Source: an uncultured Prevotellaceae bacterium (lineage in GTDB: Bacteria; Bacteroidota; Bacteroidia; Bacteroidales; Bacteroidaceae). From it: a stretch of DNA of 64,000 nt. Positions within the stretch are counted from its first letter, which is position 1; each line of letters starts with the position of its first letter. Location of the stretch: NCBI GenBank assembly GCA_900316985.1, contig ONFE01000040.1, positions 1,039 to 65,038 on the forward strand. Reading direction: 5' to 3'. This document shows, piece by piece, positions 29,493-38,200 of this stretch. Under the pieces are notes generated by a model. The model was not told where the DNA came from, did no database searches, and saw only the letters and a list, made by a program, of their open reading frames with translations. Made by a program: the position numbers and the translations under genes.

Positions 29493-29912
29493 TTATTTCC
29501 CCGCCTTTTCCATTTTCCAAACGTAAAAGCCTATGATGGCCATTACGATAATCGTAAAGCCTATGCCAATAACGGTGCCCGATGAGCCGTTCATCCATTC
29601 GGGATTTGCAAAGCAGGCAGGAAATAAGGCTATGACAATAGCAATGATGCGTGCGCTTTGAGCTTTTAGTTCCACCTGCCTATAGTTCTTGATGGTGACG
29701 GGCATATTGATCCACTTGGGCCAATAGGCGGTAGCCATTATGCCGGCTGCAACCAAGAGAAGAATGGCTGCAATGGTCATGGTGCCAGAATCACCACCGC
29801 TTTTAATATAAAGGAACACACAGTTAATGATGATGATGACGCCCAATACCATTTCAAAAATCGTGCTTTCCTTGGTTCGTGGAAGTCGGATGCTGTTCAG
29901 ATCTTCATTCAT
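29493..29912 (-). CDS. Small membrane protein (DUF1648-like)
   Basis: Four hydrophobic segments; PKWINMPVTI; downstream of the SPFH and RHH genes. Confidence 0.55.
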   Translation of the reverse strand: MNEDLNSIRLPRTKESTIFEMVLGVIIIINCVFLYIKSGGDSGTMTIAAILLLVAAGIMATAYWPKWINMPVTIKNYRQVELKAQSARIIAIVIALFPACFANPEWMNGSSGTVIGIGFTIIVMAIIGFYVWKMEKAGK

Positions 29913-30084
29913 TGTCAGCCTTCTTTTTTGTTCGTTTATGCTTCTTCAATGCCTCGTTGATAATCCATTGTAGCTGACCGTTGGTGCTACGGAACTCATC
30001 CGCAGCCCAACGCTCAATGGCATCCATCGTATCTGAATCGATACGAAGTACGAAGCTCTTGGTTTTCTTATCTTCTTTTGGCAT
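29905..30084 (-). CDS. Arc/ribbon-helix-helix DNA-binding protein (59 aa)
   Basis: Manual translation MPKEDKKTKSFVLRIDSDTMDAIERWAADEFRSTNGQLQWIINEALKKHKRTKKKADNE; below the ORF-track cutoff. Confidence 0.85.
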   Translation of the reverse strand: MPKEDKKTKSFVLRIDSDTMDAIERWAADEFRSTNGQLQWIINEALKKHKRTKKKADNE

Positions 30085-30107
30085 TGAAAACCGATTTTAT
30101 CTTTTCA

Positions 30108-30996
30108 TTAATAGAGTGAACTGGTGTTGACCACCGGTTGGGCATTGTCTTCGCCGCAGAGCACTACGAGCAGGTTGCTCACCATGGCGGCCTTGCGCTC
30201 CTCGTCGAGATCAACCACGCCCTCACTCTTCAGCTTGTCGAGTGCCATCTTCACCATCGAAACGGCTCCCTCTACAATCTTCTCGCGGGCTGAGATGGGC
30301 CTCGATGACCTCGATACCTGCCAGGGCCAGACGTTCGTCGATACGCTCCTCCAGTTCCTTGTTCACGTCGTCAGAACCGTCGCGAAGCGTGATTTCGCTC
30401 TCGTTCTCCTCGTTGTCGTAGGCATATTGACCGGCCACTTGGCGCAGGGCAGCATCACTCTGTACGCGCACGAACTGCTCCAGTGCCTTCATCAGTCCCT
30501 TGGTGTCGGAACCAACGGAACTGGGGTTGGCGGCCATCGTCTGGGAGTCCACTTCGAAGAGAGCCTTGTAGGTGTCCTTCAGTTTCCACACGAGCACGAG
30601 TCCTATCATCACGGGATTGCCCGTCTTGTCGTTCACCTTTATCGGTTCAGCGTCGAGGTTACGAGCACGGAGCGACACCTTTTTGGTGCTGTAGAACGGG
30701 TTGATCCAGAAATAACCGGTGCGCGAGAAGGTGCCGCTGTACTTTCCGAACCAAGTGGTCACCTTGGCCTCGTTGGGTTCTAGCATGATCAAGCCGCACC
30801 ACATGATGATGCTGACAAGAAGCAGCAAGATGCAGCCGCCAAGCAACCAACCGCCGCAAGCGCCGTTACTCTCGTCAAGTTGGATGATACTGTACACAAT
30901 GCCCACGATAGATAATACCGAAAGTGCAATGTTGACAAACAGCATCAAGAAGCCGTTCATTACTATTCCCTTAAACTGAAATTCTTTTGTTTCCAT
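30108..30996 (-). pseudogene. SPFH/band-7 domain protein, frameshifted near 30297
   Basis: ORF 30223-30996 has the SPFH core (IKVNDKTGNPVMIGLVLVW). The C-terminus [19 protein letters not shown]...[10 protein letters not shown] is in another frame ending at 30108. Confidence 0.85.
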
Positions 30997-31145
30997 AATT
31001 TTAATTTTAAAGCGATATCATTTTGATATTGCAAAGATATATCATTCTATAATTATTTTCCAAATTTTTCCGCTTGATTTAAAGATAATTAACGGATTTT
31101 TTGTACCTTCGCAGCAGAATTACTCAAAAACAATAGAAATCTACA

Positions 31146-34100
31146 ATGAAACAAACGAAAATCGTGCTGCTTGTGATGCTGTTGGCAATGGTTTGCCTGA
31201 CGGCCGAGGCCATCCAGAGAAAGAAATACAATTTCAACAGCGAGTGGCGTCTCTGTGTGGGCGATTTCCCCGAGGCCTCCAACCCCGGCTGCGACGACAG
31301 TCAGTGGCTGCGGGTGACGCTGCCCTATGCCTTCAACGGCGACGAGGCTTTCCGCAAGGATATCGTCGACCTGACCGACACCATCAGTTGGTACCGGAAG
31401 AAGTTCATTGCCACAAACGATATGCTGGAGGAAAAGGTGTTTGTGGAGTTCGAGGGTGTCCGTCAGGGTGCCGATTTCTATATCAACGGCCACCATCTGG
31501 GCTATAGCGAGAACGGCGTGATGGCCTGCGGCTTCGATCTTACACCTTATATTTTAAAAGGAGAGAACACGATAGCTGTTCGCTGCGACAATTCGTGGAC
31601 CTACCGTTCGCGCCAGTACGAGAGCCGCTACCAGTGGAATGACCGCAATTTCAATGCCAACTACGGCGGCATTCCCAAGAATGTCTGGCTGCATGTCACC
31701 GGAAAACTCTACCAGACGCTGCCGCTCTATAGTAATCTCGGAACCATTGGTACCTACGTCTATGCTACCGATTTCGATATTGCGGCGCGGTCAGCTGTGG
31801 TGCATGTAGAGAGTCAGGTGCGCAATGAGGACAGTCGCGAGCGTTCGTTCCGCCTTTTTGCCAAGGTGCTAAACACCGACAACTACGTGTCGGCTATCAT
31901 TCCCGGCGAGCGCGTGACGCTACAGCCCGGCGAGACCAGAAACGTCACCATGCAGAGGAAACTCGAGGGACTGCACTTCTGGTCGTGGGGCTATGGTTAT
32001 CTGTACACCGTCAAGACCTATCTGGCTGAGGACGGTGCCGATGCCCGTCCTATGGACCTTAACGCAGAGAACGATCAGGTGGTCACTCGCACCGGCTTCC
32101 GCAAGACACGATTCGCCGAGGGAAAGATATGGCTGAACGACCGTGTGCTGATGATGCATGGATATGCGCAGCGCACTTCGAACGAGTGGCCTGGTGTGGG
32201 ACTTTCCGTTCCGGCCTGGCTGAGCGACTACTCCAACGGACTAATGGTGAAGTCGAACGGCAATCTTGTCAGATGGATGCACGTCACGCCCTGGAAGCAG
32301 GACATCGAGTCGTGCGACCGTGTCGGACTGATTCAGGCCATGCCTGCCGGTGATGCCGAGAAGGACGTTGAAGGACCGCGATGGCAGCAGCGCAAGGACC
32401 TGATGCGCGATGCCATCATCTACAACCGTAACAATCCCAGCATCTTATTCTACGAGAGCGGCAACGAGAGCATCAGCCAGGAGCACATGCTCGAGATGAA
32501 GGCGTTGCGCGACCAATACGATCCCCATGGCGGCCGGGCCATCGGTTCGCGTGAGATGCTCGACATCAACGAGGCAGAATATGGCGGCGAGATGCTATAT
32601 ATCAACAAGTCGAAGAAGCATCCCATGTGGGCTATGGAATATTGTCGCGACGAGGGACTGCGCAAATACTGGGACGATTATTCTTATCCCTACCATAAGG
32701 AAGGCGACGGACCGCTCTATCGCGGTAAGCCTGCCACCGACTACAACCACAACATGGACGCTTTTGCCGTGGAAATGGTGCGCCGCTGGTACGACTATTG
32801 GATGGAGCGTCCCGGCACGGGAACCCGCGTCAGCAGCGGCGGCGTGAAGATTGTGTTCTCTGATACCAATACGCATCATCGGGGCGAGTCCAACTTCCGC
32901 ATGAGTGGCGTTACCGATGCGATGCGCATACCCAAGGATGCCTTCTTCGTCCATCAGGTGATGTGGAACGGATGGGTGGATAATGAGTCGCAGCAAACCT
33001 ATATCATCGGACACTGGAACTACGAAGCCGGCACCCGGAAGCCTGTCTATGTGGTTTCCACGGCCGACGAGGTGGAACTCTTCCTGAACGGGAAATCGCT
33101 GGGCAAAGGCAAGCGCAGCTATCACTATCTGCACACGTTCGAACAGGTAGCCTATGAGCCCGGTACGCTGTTGGCCGTAGGGTCTGACGGCAGCCGGTAT
33201 CAGCTGGAAACCGCAGGGGCTCCCACTCAGCTGAAACTGACCGCTATCGAGAATCCTGAGGGAACGAAGGCCGACGGTGCCGACATGGTGCTTTTCCAGG
33301 TGGAGGTACTCGACGAGCAGGGCCGCCGCTGTCCGCTCGACGACCGCATGATTCATTTCAGCATGTGGGGGCGGATTGGCCTCGCGCAATAATATGGAGA
33401 TGCAACAGCCCGACGATAACCGTCCCGACGGACTGCTGGATGCTGCCGCCACTAAGAATGTTTCCGACAATTACGTGGGGGCTTACAGTCTTCCGGTGGA
33501 ATGCGGAGTGAACAGGGTGCTAGTGCGCTCTACGGTGAATGCCGGTGAAATCAAACTGTCGGCTTATGCCGAAGGCGTAAAGCCGGACTATCTCACCGTG
33601 AAGACCAACCCGGTGGAAGTGGAGAACGGCATGTCGGAATATCTGCCACAGCTCACGCTCAAACCATGTCTCGACCGTGGCGCCACGCCCACCACACCTT
33701 CTTATACCGAGCATTTTGCGGGTGTTGACATTGCCAGTGCCACGGCCGGATATGATGAAGAGCATGCTTCCAACAGTTTCGACGATAACGAACTCTCGGA
33801 GTGGAAGAACGACGGACGGCTGTCAACGGCATGGATAACCTACAGGCTGTCGCGCAAGGCCGTGGTTTCCGACATCTGCCTGAAACTGACGGGTTGGCGG
33901 TTGCGCAGCTATCCGCTTGAAATCTATGCAGGAAAGAAACTCATCTGGAACGGCGAGACGGAAAGAAGTCTGGGTTATGTACACTTGAAACCCACTAAAC
34001 CTGTGGCTACCAACGAGATAACCATCCGATTAAAAGGTGCCGGCAAGGACAAGGATGCTTTTGGCGGTATCGTGGAAGTGGCCGAGCCTGCTGCAGGTGA

Positions 34101-34188
34101 ACTCGACCTCTTTAAGGCCAAGAACGGTGGCGACACCAAGAGTGAACTGCGCATTGTGGAGATAGAATTCTTGGAGGTTGTGAAATAG
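31146..34188 (+). pseudogene. Glycoside hydrolase family 2 (beta-galactosidase-like, DUF4982), split near 33370
   Basis: VFVEFEGVRQG, RNNPSILFYESGNE, YIIGHWNY in 31146-33392. Continuation GGLASRNN...IVEIEFLEVVK in 33376-34188 with a discoidin-like domain. Confidence 0.8.
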
Positions 34189-34239
34189 CTTTTCCTCCTT
34201 TTCCTTTGTTTTTAGGCGGATAATCGTTATTTTTGCACC

Positions 34240-35205
34240 ATGAATCAGCAAGAGATTGACGAGAAGTACATGTGGCGCTGCCTGCAACTGGCACGGAACG
34301 GCATGCAGAACGCAAAGCCCAACCCCATGGTGGGGGCTGTTATTGTAGTCGCTGACCGTATCATCGGTGAAGGCTATCATGTGCGCTGCGGTGAGGGACA
34401 TGCCGAGGTGAACGCCTTTGCCTCGGTACGTTCCGAAGATGAGCCCTTGCTGAGAGATGCCACCATCTATGTGTCATTGGAGCCTTGCGCCCATTACGGT
34501 AAGACTCCTCCTTGCTGCGATCTTATAATAAAGAAAGGTGTGAAGCGGTGTGTGGTGGGCTGCGTGGATCCTTTTGCCAAGGTTCAGGGACGTGGGATTC
34601 TGAAAATCCGTGAGGCTGGTATAGAGGTAACCGTTGGCATTTTGGAAGAAGAATGTAAGGCACTGAACAAACGTTTCTTCACTTTCCATGAAAAACAACG
34701 CCCCTATATCTTATTGAAATGGGCTCAAACGGATAATGGCTTTATTGATGATCACGGTAAGGCATTGGCCATCTCCACTCCTTATACAAAAATGTTGGTT
34801 CATAAACTCCGTTCAGAATATGATGCCATTCTTGTTGGACGTGTCACCGATGAGCGTGAGCACCCCCAACTGAATGTGCGGGAATGGTATGGAAAAAATC
34901 CTAGGCGAATAGTGCTGAAAGGGGGAAAGACTGTGGATGAACTGATGGCTCAATGCTACAAGGAAAATATTCAGAGTCTAATCGTGGAGGGAGGCTGTAA
35001 GACTTTACAATCCTTTATCGATGCTAGCTTATGGGATGAAATCCGTGTAGAGACAGCTCCTTTGACGGTCACAGACGGAACGCCTGCACCTCATTTGCCT
35101 ACAGATGCGCTTCTCTGCAAACAGGAAGAATGGGAAGGCAACAAAATCTCTATTTACGCCCGAAGTCAGCAGGGATTTCCCCCCACAAAGATGTCTCCCA
35201 TTTAA
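34240..35205 (+). CDS. ribD: Riboflavin biosynthesis deaminase/reductase
   Basis: PNPMVGAV, HAEVNA, LEPCAHYGKTPPC, LIVEGG. Confidence 0.95.
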   Translation: MNQQEIDEKYMWRCLQLARNGMQNAKPNPMVGAVIVVADRIIGEGYHVRCGEGHAEVNAFASVRSEDEPLLRDATIYVSLEPCAHYGKTPPCCDLIIKKGVKRCVVGCVDPFAKVQGRGILKIREAGIEVTVGILEEECKALNKRFFTFHEKQRPYILLKWAQTDNGFIDDHGKALAISTPYTKMLVHKLRSEYDAILVGRVTDEREHPQLNVREWYGKNPRRIVLKGGKTVDELMAQCYKENIQSLIVEGGCKTLQSFIDASLWDEIRVETAPLTVTDGTPAPHLPTDALLCKQEEWEGNKISIYARSQQGFPPTKMSPI

Positions 35206-35608
35206 TGATGGGATTACGGAAGTTATGGGTAGCTAGCCAATGTTCTGCTCTTGCAATAATCTGGTATAAGGGTTCCGTCTCAGGTGTACGTTCCAGTTTT
35301 GTCTTGCATTTGCGGTTGTTAACCCAAAGGATGGCATTGTAGGAATCACTGTAGATGGTCTTGTCGAAAAGTCCTTGATTCCAGCAGAGGGCCAAAGCGT
35401 GGACGATGGCCAGGAACTCTCCTATATTGTTAGTGCCTTTTATGGGGCCGAAGTGGAATACACGGTAACCTGTCTGCAGGTCTATACCCTGGTATTCCAT
35501 AGGGCCGGGATTTCCGGAACAGCCTGCATCCACAGCCCAAGCATCTGCCTTTACCTCAAGGGGTAAGGGCAGAACAGTATCGTGGCGGTTATCGGGAGGA
35601 TTCTGCAT
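35150..35608 (-). CDS. rnhA: Ribonuclease HI (no N-terminal viroplasmin-like domain seen)
   Basis: VDAGCSGNPG, TNNIGEFLAIVHAL, IYSDS, WGEIPADFGRK. Overlaps the ribD 3' end convergently. Confidence 0.85.
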   Translation of the reverse strand: MQNPPDNRHDTVLPLPLEVKADAWAVDAGCSGNPGPMEYQGIDLQTGYRVFHFGPIKGTNNIGEFLAIVHALALCWNQGLFDKTIYSDSYNAILWVNNRKCKTKLERTPETEPLYQIIARAEHWLATHNFRNPIIKWETSLWGEIPADFGRK

Positions 35609-35651
35609 GTGCTGAGGGACTATGGGCTGCAACTGAGTCGCAACATACTTA

Positions 35652-37448
35652 TTACATACGTTCCGGGACTTCTATGCCTAGCAGGGCCATGCCGTTGCGG
35701 ATAATCTTGGCAACGTTCTTGGCCAGAATAAGGCGGGTGAGTTTGGTCTGTTCGTCTTCGGCATTCAGCACACTATAGTCGTGATACCAGGAATTGAACT
35801 CCTTGGTCAGTTCATAGCAATAGTTGGCGATGCCGCTGGGGGAATAGTCCTTGCCAGCCTGTTCCACGGTAGCTCCATAGGCCTGCATCTTTTGGATGAG
35901 GTCAATTTCCTTTTGGTTGATGGGAGACTCTTTCGTTTCAAGAGAAGCGGGAATGTTGATGCCTTGCTCCTCTGCCTTGCGCAGGATGCTGCGGATGCGG
36001 GCGTAGGTGTATTGGATGAAGGGGCCTGTGTTTCCGTTGAAGTCGATACTCTCCTCTGGATTGAACAGCATGTTTTTGCGGGCATCCACTTTCAGAATGA
36101 AGTATTTCAGGGCACCCATACCGCAGATACGTGCAATTTCATTGCGCTCTTCCTCGGAAAGATCCTTGCTCTTGCCTGCTTCTTCACTCACTTTGCGGGC
36201 TCCTTCAATCATGGCCTGAATCAGGTCGTCGGCATCCACAACGGTACCTTCACGGCTTTTCATCTTACCGTTGGGAAGTTCCACCATACCGTAGGAGAAG
36301 TGAACGAGCTCCTTACCCCACTTGAAACCAAGACGGTCGAGCAGGATCGAGAGCACTTGGAAGTGATAGTTCTGTTCGTTGCCCACGACATAGATCATTT
36401 TGTCGATGGGGTAGTCCTGGAAACGCATCTCGGCGGTACCGATGTCTTGTGTCATATAGACGGAGGTGCCGTCACTACGAAGCAACAGTTTCTTGTCAAG
36501 GCCTTCATCGGTAAGGTCAGCCCATACAGAGTTGTCCTCGTGGCGCTCAAAGAGTCCTTTCTCGAGTCCTTCCTCAACCTTAGCCTTGCCTTTCAGATAG
36601 GTCTGCGATTCATAGTAAATCTTATCGAAACTTACACCCAATGCCTTGTAGGTCTCGTCAAAACCGGCATATACCCAAGAGTTCATCTTCTCCCAAAGAG
36701 CGCGAACCTCAGGGTCGTTCTGTTCCCATTTCACCAACATCTCGTGGGCTTCCTTGATGAGCGGAGCCTCTTGCTTGGCTTTCTCCTCATCCATGCCTTG
36801 TGCCACGAGTTCCTTGATTTCTTCACGATAGTGCTTATCAAAAGCAACATAGTAGTCACCGATAAGGTGGTCGCCCTTCTTTCCTGCAGTTTCGGGTGTC
36901 TCGCCATTGCCCCATTTCAGCCAGGCCAGCATCGATTTACAGATGTGGATACCACGGTCGTTCACAATGTTAGTCTTCACCACACGGTTGCCGTTGGCAG
37001 CCTGAATCTGGGCCAGTGACCATCCAAGCAGATTGTTGCGGACGTGTCCGAGGTGGAGCGGTTTGTTGGTATTGGGGGATGAATATTCAATCATCACGAG
37101 CGGCGATTCGTCTGTAGCCTTCTTTTCACCAAAATGCTCATCGGAGTTGATGTCGTTGAGCAGAGATATCCAGGCAGCAGGAGCAATGACGAGGTTCAGG
37201 AATCCCTTTACCACATTGAAGTCGCTGATAGCCTCGCAGTTCTCTTTCAGCCACTGGCCAATCTCCTGAGCGGTATCTTCCGGCTTTTTGCGTGAAGTCT
37301 TCAGGAACGGGAATACCACGATTGTAAGGTTTCCTTCGAATCCTTCCTTCGTGTTTTGTAGTTGTACCATCTTCTCGGGCACATCGGCTCCGTAAAGTTC
37401 CTTTACAGCTTTCAGCACAGCGCTGGTGATTACTTTCTGAATATCCAT
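35652..37448 (-). CDS. argS: Arginine--tRNA ligase
   Basis: SSPNTNKPLHLGH, KMKSREG, GNTGPFIQYTYAR; start trimmed to MDIQK. Confidence 0.98.
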   Translation of the reverse strand: MDIQKVITSAVLKAVKELYGADVPEKMVQLQNTKEGFEGNLTIVVFPFLKTSRKKPEDTAQEIGQWLKENCEAISDFNVVKGFLNLVIAPAAWISLLNDINSDEHFGEKKATDESPLVMIEYSSPNTNKPLHLGHVRNNLLGWSLAQIQAANGNRVVKTNIVNDRGIHICKSMLAWLKWGNGETPETAGKKGDHLIGDYYVAFDKHYREEIKELVAQGMDEEKAKQEAPLIKEAHEMLVKWEQNDPEVRALWEKMNSWVYAGFDETYKALGVSFDKIYYESQTYLKGKAKVEEGLEKGLFERHEDNSVWADLTDEGLDKKLLLRSDGTSVYMTQDIGTAEMRFQDYPIDKMIYVVGNEQNYHFQVLSILLDRLGFKWGKELVHFSYGMVELPNGKMKSREGTVVDADDLIQAMIEGARKVSEEAGKSKDLSEEERNEIARICGMGALKYFILKVDARKNMLFNPEESIDFNGNTGPFIQYTYARIRSILRKAEEQGINIPASLETKESPINQKEIDLIQKMQAYGATVEQAGKDYSPSGIANYCYELTKEFNSWYHDYSVLNAEDEQTKLTRLILAKNVAKIIRNGMALLGIEVPERM

Positions 37449-37574
37449 TTTCTTTTTTATTGTTAAATTTGGCTGCAAAGGTACTAAATAATTAAGAATA
37501 AATAATTAAGAATTAAAAATTATTCGTATTTTTGCCCCAAATAACAGTTATATTAATCTTTAAAATAATCGATT

Positions 37575-38138
37575 ATGAAGAAAATGATGCACATGATGAT
37601 GGTAGTGGCTATGCTTTTCTGCACCACTGCTGCACAGGCCGGAACTAATGACACACAGGTGGCCAGCAAGGTTCAGCGCCAGGTTAGTTTTCCATACGTA
37701 GGTCAGAAAGATGCTCCGGGTTGCTACATAGTAAGCGTTACCGTGACCAATCTTGCCACAATGGTGAAGATTGCCCTTCACGAGAGTAAAGGTAGTATCA
37801 GTGAGACCAAGAACGTATTGGTTACCGATGCCCAGACAGGTAAGAAGTTCAAGTATAAGTTTTCTGCCGGTATCAATGGCACCAAGACGAGCTATAAAGG
37901 CTGGCAGTTCTATACGCTCTGTTTCAAGAAGTTGAAGGATAAGACCACCAACATCAATGTAGAGTGGGCTGACGCTCCGATGTTCAAGTTCTACAATGTG
38001 GATCTGACACAAAACGGTGAGCGCCCGAAGATGACTCAGCAGATGCTCGTGGAAGGTCTGAATAACACACAGGCAGGAGACTTCTTCTTCTTCATCGACG
38101 ACACGAACATGCTCAACAGTTACGCTGAAAACTTCTAA
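37575..38138 (+). CDS. Hypothetical secreted protein
   Basis: Signal peptide; no family recognised; own promoter and terminator. Confidence 0.7.
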   Translation: MKKMMHMMMVVAMLFCTTAAQAGTNDTQVASKVQRQVSFPYVGQKDAPGCYIVSVTVTNLATMVKIALHESKGSISETKNVLVTDAQTGKKFKYKFSAGINGTKTSYKGWQFYTLCFKKLKDKTTNINVEWADAPMFKFYNVDLTQNGERPKMTQQMLVEGLNNTQAGDFFFFIDDTNMLNSYAENF

Positions 38139-38153
38139 GAACAGTTTTATAAG

Positions 38154-38200
38154 AAATAAAGAGACGCAGTGGGAATTATTTTCGCTGCGTCTCTTTATTT
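38154..38200. terminator. Bidirectional terminator overlapping the ATPase stop codon
   Basis: AAATAAAGAGACGCAG...CTGCGTCTCTTTATTT inverted repeat between convergent genes. Confidence 0.8.

Noticed and set aside
34189-34239. FMN riboswitch upstream of ribD
   Set aside because: Only about 50 bp of intergenic space, with the -7-like box next to the ATG; there is no room for one.
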